This document shows, piece after piece, positions 1 through 8,056 of a DNA stretch of 45,059 bases. The stretch lies in assembly GCA_002772645.1 (NCBI GenBank), contig PFDK01000007.1, positions 54,852 through 99,910 on the forward strand. The letters are read 5' to 3'. How positions within the stretch are numbered: the first letter of the stretch is position 1; each line of letters opens with the position of its first letter. This stretch comes from Candidatus Pacebacteria bacterium CG10_big_fil_rev_8_21_14_0_10_56_10. Lineage in GTDB: Bacteria; Patescibacteriota; Microgenomatia; UBA1400; PJMF01. Both the position numbers and the translations under genes were made by a program. The notes under the pieces were generated by a model, which had not been told where the DNA came from, did no database searches, and was given only the letters and a program-made list of their open reading frames with translations.

Positions 1-1426
1 CATTGATGGTAAAGACCTCAGTGGTTTGCCAATCAGATCCAGGGTTGTCCCGCTGCTGCCGTCTAAAGCTGGTGGTAACTTCGTTGAAGTTCCGATCAAC
101 AGTCAGGATGAGTTGAGTGCGGTCATTCTCGCCGGCAACCACCCCGCCCTCCTCGATGACCCGGGTAATTTTACTCTGGACGTCTAACAAAAACTCGGAG
201 TCCGCGCCCCACAACTGAAAATTTCTAAGCTGTTGGTTAGTCCCCTCTGGGACCAGGATATCATTGATGGCAAACGAGTTCACATCCTCGCCGATTCCGA
301 AGTGACTGGCTAAGCTGTCTATAAAATCTTCACTCTCTTGATGAACAAATTGAGGTCTTTCATCGCTTCGAGTTACTCTCTCCATTAAACCGGCCCAAAT
401 AAAACCGCGACTAGTCTCATACCATTCGTTGGTAGTGACTTCTTCTCCATTGACTGGCAGCGTCAATGACTGGTCGGTCCTTACCCCCATCAGCAGCAGT
501 GTTTCACCCGATGTCAGTGAACCTACAATTTGACTATTTGTGGTTGAATCTGCCCGGATATTGACACTAGGGACGACGGCGGTGACGAACTCAATCAGCT
601 CTTGGTCAGCGGGCTCGACTTCCACAGCCGGTTCAGTTGCCTGCGACGGAGTCTCGGAGCTAATGACTCCTCTGGCCCTAAGTTCACGCGCGATACTGTC
701 GATGGTGGCCAGACCTTTGGCAAGTTCTTGCAGTTTAGCGACTTGACTGGCCGTGTCCGCCGATGTCTCTGGCTCGGTGGCGCGTTGCTGTTCGGAGTGT
801 CTTTCAGAGGATCCGTCCAACTCAACAACAGCCGAGCGTCTTCCAGCGTCTGGAGGTTGAGTGTCAAAACTGGTAATACCCAATGATGGCATCAGCATCC
901 CTGTCCCTGACAGGAGAGCGGCTACTCCCCGAAACACCCTGTTAACCCTGGATACTGGTAGGCGGCTTTCATCCGCTGCTGGCAGCAGTTCGGTAACCTC
1001 GGCCAGCTTGGACTGGAGGACTGAAAGCGTTTCTCGGAAGGACCGCTTCAGACCAGTTACTGCTCTATCTGGGATACTCGACGACTTCACGGATAAGCTG
1101 CTTTGACGAGCTATTAGCCCGATCTTCTCTGAGGAGATATCAACCAAGATTGGGATGTCGATAATGAGCTGCTGAAGGTTGTCGACGACAGCTTGGAGCC
1201 TGGAGTGAAGTTCTTGAGTGCTGAGCCGGGAAACGTCGGTTGTCACCGGGTTCTGGAGGAACTGGCGAATGTCTTTAAAGAGCGTCCTTACTAGCAGAGA
1301 AATAAGACGAGCCTCCTGCTGAGCTTGGGCACCATTAACTACCTCGCCCTCGGGGATAACAGGTCGGGAGTGGAGATACTCTGAATTTGTCCAGGTCACA
1401 ATAGTCCTTTCAACTCTAGAAACCAT
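1..1426 (-). CDS. Hypothetical protein; N-terminus complete, C-terminus runs off the window edge; central SH3b-like segment
   Basis: Missing from the supplied track because it has no in-window stop. I checked every plus-strand triplet in register 2,5,8...1424 and found no TTA/CTA/TCA, so there is no minus-strand stop. The ATG is the reverse complement of CAT at 1424-1426, and an in-frame stop lies a few codons upstream. Translation starts MVSRVERTIVTWTNSEYLHSRPV and contains VPSVNIRADSTTNSQIVGSLTSGETLLLMGV...EWYETSRGFIWAGL, an SH3b-like pattern. No signal peptide seen. Confidence 0.65.
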   Translation of the reverse strand, partial: MVSRVERTIVTWTNSEYLHSRPVIPEGEVVNGAQAQQEARLISLLVRTLFKDIRQFLQNPVTTDVSRLSTQELHSRLQAVVDNLQQLIIDIPILVDISSEKIGLIARQSSLSVKSSSIPDRAVTGLKRSFRETLSVLQSKLAEVTELLPAADESRLPVSRVNRVFRGVAALLSGTGMLMPSLGITSFDTQPPDAGRRSAVVELDGSSERHSEQQRATEPETSADTASQVAKLQELAKGLATIDSIARELRARGVISSETPSQATEPAVEVEPADQELIEFVTAVVPSVNIRADSTTNSQIVGSLTSGETLLLMGVRTDQSLTLPVNGEEVTTNEWYETSRGFIWAGLMERVTRSDERPQFVHQESEDFIDSLASHFGIGEDVNSFAINDILVPEGTNQQLRNFQLWGADSEFLLDVQSKITRVIEEGGVVAGENDRTQLILTVDRNFNEVTTSFRRQQRDNPGSDWQTTEVFTIN

Positions 1427-1584
1427 AGCTTTTACTACAGGATCCTTACAACCTAAAAAAATTTAGCCAATGACCCTCTAATTATGTACTGCCGCGTATT
1501 CTAACCCAGTTATCTCTTTACCTCAACCTATTCGGCTTGTCTGGCCGGATTGTCTGTATCCGGCTGGGCAGCTGGCGACTTACA

Positions 1585-1611
1585 CGGCCTGGCAGTTGCG
1601 GCCTGGCAGTT
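1585..1611 (+). repeat. Two tandem copies of CGGCCTGGCAGTT with 14-bp period, upstream of the first pilin-like gene
   Basis: Read directly: cggcctggcagtt at 1585-1597, g, then cggcctggcagtt at 1599-1611. It lies just upstream of a candidate -10 (TAGTAT, 1634-1639) and the GTG at 1649. Confidence 0.7.
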
Positions 1612-1648
1612 ACTTGCTCCGGCTACGCTAAGCTAGTATTCTGGAGCT

Positions 1649-2515
1649 GTGTATCGATCTGTGGACAACAGCTGGTCCGATCGGGCAGTCCTGCTCGAAA
1701 GACCAAGCCTGCTCGCTGGTTCCAGCTGGCCCGACCAAGCCGGTCAGCTCGACCAAGCCGGCCAGGCCGGCGTCATCACCCTGCTAACGATGGTGGTCAT
1801 ACTGACTATCGCCCTTTCCCTGGGTACGCGCACCACCCAGGACTTATCTCTGTCCAGACAGCAAGCCGAGTCAAGCCGCGTCTTTAATGCCGCTGAGGCT
1901 GGCGTTGAAGACGCCCTGTCCCAGATCAAGGCCACCGGTACCACCGGCCCGACCAACGTCACCATCGACAACACCACCGTCAGCGTCACCACTGCCCAGC
2001 TCAACCGTTTTGACTCTTTTGTGTTTGAAGGCAACACCGTCACGGTTGACTTAACCGGCGCTGCGGGCGGTGACACTGTCCGTTTGCGCTGGGACAAGAG
2101 AAGTAACTGCGCCACTGACCAGCAGCTCGACAAGCCGGCCTCGCTGGTGGTGTCGATCTTTTACCAGGACGCCGGCACTACCCGGGTTCGTCACCAGGGC
2201 CTGGAGGCGTGCGACCACGGCGACGGTTTCGAAACTAGCACCGCTATCGATATTGACGGCATGCGCTGGCAGCGGGGGGTGTCACTGCCGGCCGAGCCGC
2301 TGTTCATGCGCGTCAGGCCGGTTTACAACGACACCCACCTCAAGGTTGAGGCTGTCGGCGGCTGGTCCTTGCCGGCCCAAGGCTTTAAGGTTCGCTCCCA
2401 GGCCGGCAACGACCTAGGTGACGAGGTCCGGATCGTGGAGGCAGACCGGTCACTCGAGACCAGCCCGTCAATTTTTGACTTCACTCTTTACAGTGGTACC
2501 AGCTTGATCAAGTAG
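1649..2515 (+). CDS. PilX-like minor pilin / pseudopilin, paralog 1
   Basis: 288-aa ORF with a GTG start at 1649; the true start is uncertain. The hydrophobic helix VITLLTMVVILTIALSLG is followed by TRTTQDLSLSRQQAESSRVFNAAEAGVEDAL, matching the PilX-N / minor-pilin N-terminal pattern. It sits immediately upstream of pilMNO. Confidence 0.55.
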   Translation: MYRSVDNSWSDRAVLLERPSLLAGSSWPDQAGQLDQAGQAGVITLLTMVVILTIALSLGTRTTQDLSLSRQQAESSRVFNAAEAGVEDALSQIKATGTTGPTNVTIDNTTVSVTTAQLNRFDSFVFEGNTVTVDLTGAAGGDTVRLRWDKRSNCATDQQLDKPASLVVSIFYQDAGTTRVRHQGLEACDHGDGFETSTAIDIDGMRWQRGVSLPAEPLFMRVRPVYNDTHLKVEAVGGWSLPAQGFKVRSQAGNDLGDEVRIVEADRSLETSPSIFDFTLYSGTSLIK

Positions 2516-2552
2516 TTTCGGGCTGTCGGCCGTTTACTGCCGCCCCGCCAAC

Positions 2553-3440
2553 TTGCCGGAAATGCGTCAAACACGTATCATAAAGCTGGTGCCGCCACTC
2601 AGCTTCCGTTCGCCACCATCGCTATCTCGGTCAGGCCAAGCCGGCCAGCCACCCCAAGCCGGCCAGTCCGGCCAGGCTGGCATTATTACCCTACTAACAC
2701 TGGTCGCTCTGCTCACCATCGGTCTCTCTCTAGGGACTCGTACTACCCAGGACTTGTCGCTGTCCAGACAGCAGGCCGAGTCAAGCCGCGTCTTTAACGC
2801 CGCTGAGGCCGGCATTGAGGACGCCCTGTCCCAGATCAACACTTCCGGCAGCTACTCGGCTGGGACTACCAACATCGACGTTGAAAACACTACCGTCGAT
2901 GTGTCGGTCACCGAGCAGGCCCGATTTGACTCGTTTGTGTTTGAGAACAGCGCGATCGAGATCAACGTTACCGGCGGCGGCGCGGGTAACAACATCCGGC
3001 TGGATTGGGATACCACCGACGACTGCTCAAGTGATAACCCGGCCTCGTTGGTGGTGTCGATCTTTTACTTAGACACCGCGGCCAGGGCGGGTGACGACAC
3101 CGGCGGTTGGCGGGTAGAGCACCAAGGTATCGGCTCGTGTTCCCGCGGCGACAATTTTGAGCAGGCCGCCCAGACCAACGGTGAGCTCAAGTGGCGGTGG
3201 GGACTGCTTTTGCCTGACAACTCCCAGTTTGTCCGGATTAGGCCGGTCTACAACGACACTCGGCTGCAGGTGGTGGCCATCGGCGGCTGGACACTCCCTG
3301 CCCAAGGTTTCAAAGTTCGCTCCGAGGCCAGCAACGACTTAGGTGACGAGGTCCGGATCGTGGAAGTAGACCGGTCGCTCGAGACCAGTCCCACTATCTT
3401 TGACTTTGCGTTGTTCGGCGCTGACGACTTGAGTAAGTAA
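2553..3440 (+). CDS. PilX-like minor pilin / pseudopilin, paralog 2
   Basis: 295-aa ORF with a TTG start at 2553; the in-frame ATG at 2562 is an alternative. It has the same architecture as 1649-2515 (IITLLTLVALLTIGLSLGTRTTQDLSLSRQQAESSRVFNAAEAGIEDAL) and a near-identical C-terminal block (PAQGFKVRS..NDLGDEVRIVE.DRSLETSP.IFDF). Confidence 0.55.
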   Translation: MPEMRQTRIIKLVPPLSFRSPPSLSRSGQAGQPPQAGQSGQAGIITLLTLVALLTIGLSLGTRTTQDLSLSRQQAESSRVFNAAEAGIEDALSQINTSGSYSAGTTNIDVENTTVDVSVTEQARFDSFVFENSAIEINVTGGGAGNNIRLDWDTTDDCSSDNPASLVVSIFYLDTAARAGDDTGGWRVEHQGIGSCSRGDNFEQAAQTNGELKWRWGLLLPDNSQFVRIRPVYNDTRLQVVAIGGWTLPAQGFKVRSEASNDLGDEVRIVEVDRSLETSPTIFDFALFGADDLSK

Positions 3441-3540
3441 GTGTCGGCAGCAGTGCCGACAGCTTCGAGTGACCTGTGCCGGACAGCTCTCCGGTTTCAC
3501 TGAGTAGCGCCTCGTCGCCGGTTGCGATACACTAGACACT

Positions 3541-4548
3541 ATGTCTGCCCTTTGTCTGGATGTTGGTACCTACTCCATCAAGGCCGTTAGCGGCCACCCT
3601 GGTCTCAAGCCTGAAGTCGAACGCGTCATTGAGTTGTTTAACGAGCTGGGCTTGTCGATCCCGTCCGAAGAGGCCCAAATTGTCCAGCTTTCCGAAAAGT
3701 TGGCCACCACCATTGCCGACAACAAGCTGCCCACCAAAGATGTCCGGTTGGCCCTGCCGGAGAGCGCTGTTTCCACCAAGATCATCGAACTGCCCCGGTT
3801 GACCGATGCCGAGCTGGGCTCGGCAATTGACTGGCAGGCTGAGCAGTACATTCCTATCCCGCCGGACGAACTATCGTTAGAGTACAAAGTGCTGTATCGC
3901 CCGCCTGCCAAAGAGACCGGCGTCAAGATGCGGGTCCTGCTGGTCGGTGCCCGCCGGTCGGTCATCGAGCGTTTTCTGGAAATTTTTAACCGGATCGGCA
4001 TTGAACCCAGGGTGCTGGAAACCCAAGTCCTGTCGGTGCTGCGGACCCTCCAGATCAAGCCTGAAGAGCCGACTAGTTTATTGATCCACTTAGGCGCGGC
4101 TACTATGACCTTAGCGGTGATCAACCAAGGAGAGTTAGCCTTCGTGTTCAACCACATGAACGGCTCGCAGATGCTAACGCGGGCCCTGGAGCAAGGCGTC
4201 GGCTTGACTACTAAACAGGCCGAGCAGTACAAACGCAGCTACGGCCTCGACGAAACTCAGTTTGAGGGCAAGGTTAAAGCAGCGCTGTTGCCCGCCGCCA
4301 ACGTTATCGTTGACGCGTTGCAGAAAGCAATGCGTTTCTTTGCCAACCAGCACCAGGAGGCCGGTATTCAGCGAATCCTACTGTCGGGTGGCGGCGTCCA
4401 GTTACCGGGATTTGCCCAGTACTTATCTAACCAGCTGGGAGTGGAGGTGCTGGTGGTGGCCCCATTTGCCAACGCCAGCGGCAAGACGCCAGACCGTAAC
4501 CAAAGCGCCCTGAGCGTCTGCATGGGGCTACTGATGCGCGAGCTGTAA
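3541..4548 (+). CDS. pilM: Type IV pilus assembly protein PilM (actin-like ATPase fold)
   Basis: 335 aa. The N-terminus LDVGTYSIKAV and overall pattern are typical of PilM. It is followed by PilN- and PilO-like genes. Confidence 0.8.
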   Translation: MSALCLDVGTYSIKAVSGHPGLKPEVERVIELFNELGLSIPSEEAQIVQLSEKLATTIADNKLPTKDVRLALPESAVSTKIIELPRLTDAELGSAIDWQAEQYIPIPPDELSLEYKVLYRPPAKETGVKMRVLLVGARRSVIERFLEIFNRIGIEPRVLETQVLSVLRTLQIKPEEPTSLLIHLGAATMTLAVINQGELAFVFNHMNGSQMLTRALEQGVGLTTKQAEQYKRSYGLDETQFEGKVKAALLPAANVIVDALQKAMRFFANQHQEAGIQRILLSGGGVQLPGFAQYLSNQLGVEVLVVAPFANASGKTPDRNQSALSVCMGLLMREL

Positions 4549-4558
4549 AGCACTCACC

Positions 4559-5128
4559 ATGAGTACCAGAGAAATCAACTTCCTGCAGCGTCGGCACAAA
4601 GTCCTCAACACCCGCCAGCGCCGAGACCTTAAGTACCTACGCCTGGCAGGGACGCTGGCCGCCGGCGCGGCAGTCTTGTTGACAGCGATGGTGGGTGTCC
4701 GGCTGATCCTGTCATTCCAGAGCAATCGGCTGGTTGAGCGCCAGCAGCAACTGCGTACCTCGATCGAAGCTCGGGCCGATATCGAAGAATCGGTGTTCAC
4801 GGTAGCCCGTAAGCTACAGGTGCTAGTGGACTTGTTTGAACGACGGGCGGACAAACAGTTGGTAGTCGAGTACTTCTCCGGTATTTTCGGTCCGGAAGTA
4901 CTGCTCAACAGCATTGATTACGACATCGACAACAACATCGTTTCCCTGGGGGTGACAGCCGAGTCTATCTTTGTGCTGGAAGAAGTCTTTGAAGTACTTG
5001 AGTCTGATCAGGTCAGGGAGTTGTTTGGGCTGGTCCGCAAGAGTGACATCCGCCGCAACCAATCCGGTGCCTATGACCTGACGTTTACCATTACCCTAGG
5101 CAAACCGGCCAACACTGCCGCCCTATGA
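4559..5128 (+). CDS. pilN: Type IV pilus assembly protein PilN
   Basis: 189 aa. It has a basic N-terminus (INFLQRRHK), a single TM segment and then a coiled-coil region, which is the PilN layout. Its TGA stop overlaps the next ATG (ATGA at 5125-5128). Confidence 0.7.
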   Translation: MSTREINFLQRRHKVLNTRQRRDLKYLRLAGTLAAGAAVLLTAMVGVRLILSFQSNRLVERQQQLRTSIEARADIEESVFTVARKLQVLVDLFERRADKQLVVEYFSGIFGPEVLLNSIDYDIDNNIVSLGVTAESIFVLEEVFEVLESDQVRELFGLVRKSDIRRNQSGAYDLTFTITLGKPANTAAL

Positions 5129-6144
5129 ACATCGAACTGACCGACATCCATCTGCGCTATATCTTAAACACTCGGCGGTTCATGGTGTGGACGGCCGGAC
5201 TGGCCGCGCTGACAGTGGGACTGCTGGTGGTCGGCGTCGTTCCCCAAGCGTTGGCCGCAGTCGAGACGTACCAGCAGCTCAAGCAAGAACAGGCCAAGCT
5301 CGACCAGCTTGAGCGCAAAGTAGTTCAGCTCGACCAAGTTACCGAGGAGGTGCTGATCTCCCAGTCTCAGGTTATTGACAAAGTCCTGCCTTCCAGTAAA
5401 CCATTGCTCGAGGCGCTGGCGGCCCTCAGCGCGGTGGCGGACAACAGCGGCGTTCGGTTCGAGCAAGTACAGCTATCACCGGGTGCTATCGCCACCACTT
5501 CCGCCCAGCGCTTCAGCGCCACTCAGCCGCCGCCTTCTGTCGGTCTCGGCCCGTCAGATTCTCGATTTGACAGTCTGGAACTGGACGTTACGGTCAGCGG
5601 TGATATCGGCAGCGTAACTACTTTTTTGCGCCAGGTAGAGCGGATCGCGCCACTCACCACTATCCAAAAAATGACGTTAAAGCCACAGGCCGATAATCGT
5701 TCTGGCAGCGACGGTAGTTCTAGCCGCGGGCCGGGCCCGAGTTTTTTTCAGGTTGACCTGCGCTTGTCGTCGATGTTCTTTACTCAACTGGTGACCACTC
5801 AAGTTGATACACCACTGCCTGATTTTGGCGGCCGCCAGCAGGAGATCTTGACCGAGGTTCGCGGCTACACTTTTCCGACTCTGGAACAGCAGCGCGAGAT
5901 CATCGGCGGCGGCTCGGAAGACTTGTTCAGTGGCCAGACGTCACTGCTGGAAAGTGTGGGACTGGTTGGCTCGGGCGAAGAAGGCGCCGGCCCGTCCGAG
6001 CTGGAGTCACTGGAGGGCTTATCGCCCGAACTGCCCAGCAGTCCCCTGCCGGATACCACCCAGCCAGCCGAGAGCGCGCCGGAGGATTCGCTACCAGACC
6101 TGGACAGTGATCTTGAATCCCTGCTCGAGTTCGAGCTCCCTTGA
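5125..6144 (+). CDS. pilO: PilO-like pilus assembly protein with a long acidic/proline-rich C-terminal tail
   Basis: 339 aa. It has an N-terminal TM segment, a coiled coil (ETYQQLKQEQAKLDQLERKVVQLD) and a PilO-like core (LELDVTVSGDIGSVTTFLRQVERIAPL). It is translationally coupled to pilN. The last ~140 aa are low complexity. Confidence 0.6.
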   Translation: MNIELTDIHLRYILNTRRFMVWTAGLAALTVGLLVVGVVPQALAAVETYQQLKQEQAKLDQLERKVVQLDQVTEEVLISQSQVIDKVLPSSKPLLEALAALSAVADNSGVRFEQVQLSPGAIATTSAQRFSATQPPPSVGLGPSDSRFDSLELDVTVSGDIGSVTTFLRQVERIAPLTTIQKMTLKPQADNRSGSDGSSSRGPGPSFFQVDLRLSSMFFTQLVTTQVDTPLPDFGGRQQEILTEVRGYTFPTLEQQREIIGGGSEDLFSGQTSLLESVGLVGSGEEGAGPSELESLEGLSPELPSSPLPDTTQPAESAPEDSLPDLDSDLESLLEFELP

Positions 6145-6176
6145 AGTAGAGCCCAAGTTTCCAAGTTTCTGGGAAC

Positions 6177-6599
6177 TCAAGCCGAGCTGTCAGTTGGGTC
6201 GATTACTTCGTCTGCACCGGCGTCATCGCTTACATCTTCACCCTCACCATCGTCTTCATCAATTTCACTGCTTGCGCCACTGCCATCGGTTATGTCTTCA
6301 TCGCGAACACTCTGCTCGTCTTCGACCGGCTGAGCGTCACTGCCCGCGACCGCTCCCCTTTCCTGATCAACCTCGGCGACGGTAACATAAGCCCGGATAC
6401 CTTCTTTAACGGCCCTGATCTTGGCCACCGTCCTGATGGCTTGGATGACTGAGCCGCGCTTGCCGATGACTTTGCCCATGTCGTCGGCGTGAACGTGAAT
6501 GATGTAGCGAACCTGCCGGTCCTCCGGTACCTCTTCGACGCTGACGTCCTCAGGGTTGTCGACTAAATGGACGAGTAAAAATTCCAGGAGGTTCTTCAT
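6177..6599 (-). CDS. KH-domain RNA-binding protein (YlqC/UPF0109-like) with an acidic C-terminal extension
   Basis: MKNLLEFLLVHLVDNPEDVSVEE...MGKVIGKRGSVIQAIRTVAKI carries the GxxG KH motif. It lies directly downstream of rpsP, as in many bacteria. About 60 extra D/E-rich residues follow. Confidence 0.75.
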   Translation of the reverse strand: MKNLLEFLLVHLVDNPEDVSVEEVPEDRQVRYIIHVHADDMGKVIGKRGSVIQAIRTVAKIRAVKEGIRAYVTVAEVDQERGAVAGSDAQPVEDEQSVRDEDITDGSGASSEIDEDDGEGEDVSDDAGADEVIDPTDSSA

Positions 6600-6605
6600 T
6601 TTGCC

Positions 6606-6923
6606 TTAAGCATCGGGGCCGTCAGCTTGCTGAGCTTTCGCCCGAGATTTTTTGGAGAGCTTAGCCGGCCGCTCCGGAAACGGTTGGCCCGAGCGATAAC
6701 GCTTGACTAGTGCCGCCACTGTTGGGGTGGGCTGAGCGCCCTGCTTAGTCCAGTTATCGAACTCCTCCAAGTTTACTGTCAACAGCTTGGGATGCTGGGC
6801 CGGCGCGTAGTGGCCCAGTTTGGCCACGTAACTGCCGTCACGCTTGTCACGGGCTTCGTTGACCACGATCCGGTAATGCGGCTGGTTGCGTTTGCCAAAA
6901 CGGGCTAACTTTATCTTGAGCAT
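6606..6923 (-). CDS. rpsP: 30S ribosomal protein S16
   Basis: MLKIKLARFGKRNQPHYRIVVNEARDKRDGSYVAKLGHYAP matches the S16 N-terminal consensus. Confidence 0.9.
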   Translation of the reverse strand: MLKIKLARFGKRNQPHYRIVVNEARDKRDGSYVAKLGHYAPAQHPKLLTVNLEEFDNWTKQGAQPTPTVAALVKRYRSGQPFPERPAKLSKKSRAKAQQADGPDA

Positions 6924-7011
6924 AGGTTCTTGGCGCCTTGGTTACTGAGCGGCACCGCTCCCCTCTTCAATCTTAGGGCACGGAAAGCTTGAAATACAGG
7001 GCAAAATTCTA

Positions 7012-7686
7012 TCATTGACCCAACAATACCTCAAGGGCTTGTTGGGCCGCGGCCTGCTGGGCCAGCTGTTTACTTTTACCCGATCCTTGGCCGGCAGTCT
7101 TGCCTTTTACCATTACCTGGACCACAAACTCCTTGTCGTGGTCTGGGCCGGTCGCGGCTGTCACTCGGTACGACGGCGTACCCATTCCCCGGGACTGGAC
7201 AACTTCCTGAAGATGGCTCTTGGGGTCGATGTAGGTTTTTGACGTTTTGATATCGACAAACTTCGGGAACAGCACTTGTCGCAAGTACTCGACAACTGCC
7301 TGGTAGTTTTGGTCCAGGTACAGCGCTCCCACCACTGCCTCGAAGACATCGGCCAGGATGCCGTCGTTTTGCCGGCCCCCGGAGTTGGACTCGCCCTTGC
7401 TCATGTAAATGCGCTCCGGCAAGCCTAGCGCTTTGGCTACCTCTGCCAAGGTGGTCGTCTTGACTAGGGCGCTGCGGTACGCTGTCAGTACCCCTTCCGA
7501 TTCTCGCGGATGGGCGTCAAACAGGTACTGAGTAGTAGCCAGCTCCAGCACGGCGTCGCCCAAAAACTCCAGCCGCTCGTAGGACTGACCGGACCCCGAC
7601 AGCTTTTCGTTAAGAGCGCTGCGATGGGTCAAGGCTGTCTCGAGCAGGGCCGGATCACGAAAAGAAGGCAAAGTTAGGGGTGGCAT
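7012..7686 (-). CDS. rnc: Ribonuclease III
   Basis: Contains the RNase III signature ERLEFLGDAVLE and a C-terminal dsRBD (GPDHDKEFVVQV...GKSKQLAQQAAA). Confidence 0.9.
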   Translation of the reverse strand: MPPLTLPSFRDPALLETALTHRSALNEKLSGSGQSYERLEFLGDAVLELATTQYLFDAHPRESEGVLTAYRSALVKTTTLAEVAKALGLPERIYMSKGESNSGGRQNDGILADVFEAVVGALYLDQNYQAVVEYLRQVLFPKFVDIKTSKTYIDPKSHLQEVVQSRGMGTPSYRVTAATGPDHDKEFVVQVMVKGKTAGQGSGKSKQLAQQAAAQQALEVLLGQ

Positions 7687-7759
7687 GCTTGGGTTGGGTA
7701 GCGTTGGTTAGGCACGATCTTTAGGCAGTAAGGGCCGACAGCAACCACCGGCAGTTGAC

Positions 7760-8044
7760 TTAGTTGAACTCCAGCTCTTCCTCGAGCAGCGCCACCAGCT
7801 CGGTCAGGGTGGCTTTGTTGGGGTCGGCCGTAGCGTCCTCGATAAAAGTACTAATGATGTCTGGGTCCAGCTTGACGTTCAGCACTTTGCTGATGTCGGC
7901 TAACAACCGCGGGACGTCACTTTCCAGCTCTAACAGCAGATCGCTGACCAAGTTGTGGTCTGGTTCAATCTCTTCGGCCGAAGTGTTAGTGGCTTCAGCA
8001 ATGTGTTGGGTCACTATCTCAAGAACTGTAGCATTGTTTGGCAT
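7760..8044 (-). CDS. Acyl-carrier-protein-like small acidic protein (divergent)
   Basis: 94 aa, acidic. Its helix pattern can be aligned to ACP, with ...SDLLLELESDVPRLLADISKVLNVKL against ...[25 protein letters not shown]. The position directly upstream of rnc mirrors the acpA-rnc synteny of Firmicutes. The DSL motif is replaced by ES-D. Confidence 0.4.
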   Translation of the reverse strand: MPNNATVLEIVTQHIAEATNTSAEEIEPDHNLVSDLLLELESDVPRLLADISKVLNVKLDPDIISTFIEDATADPNKATLTELVALLEEELEFN

Positions 8045-8056
8045 AGGATCCTGGTT

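Noticed and set aside
1649-3440. A diversity-generating retroelement (template/variable repeat) explanation for the pilin paralogs
   Set aside because: Differences between the similar blocks involve all bases rather than only adenine positions. No reverse transcriptase gene is present in the window.
3570-4232. A 220-aa minus-strand ORF inside pilM. Similar antisense ORFs occur inside the PBP (14502-15062), miaB (25446-25976 and 26148-26693), recG, tyrS, pheT and comM.
   Set aside because: Each one overlaps a gene with strong family motifs on the other strand and has no motifs of its own.
6145-6176. A hairpin AGTTTCC-aagtttct-GGGAACT between convergent pilO and the KH gene, considered as a bidirectional terminator
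   Set aside because: The stem is only 7 bp including a G-U pair, and there is no U-run on either strand. That is too weak to call.
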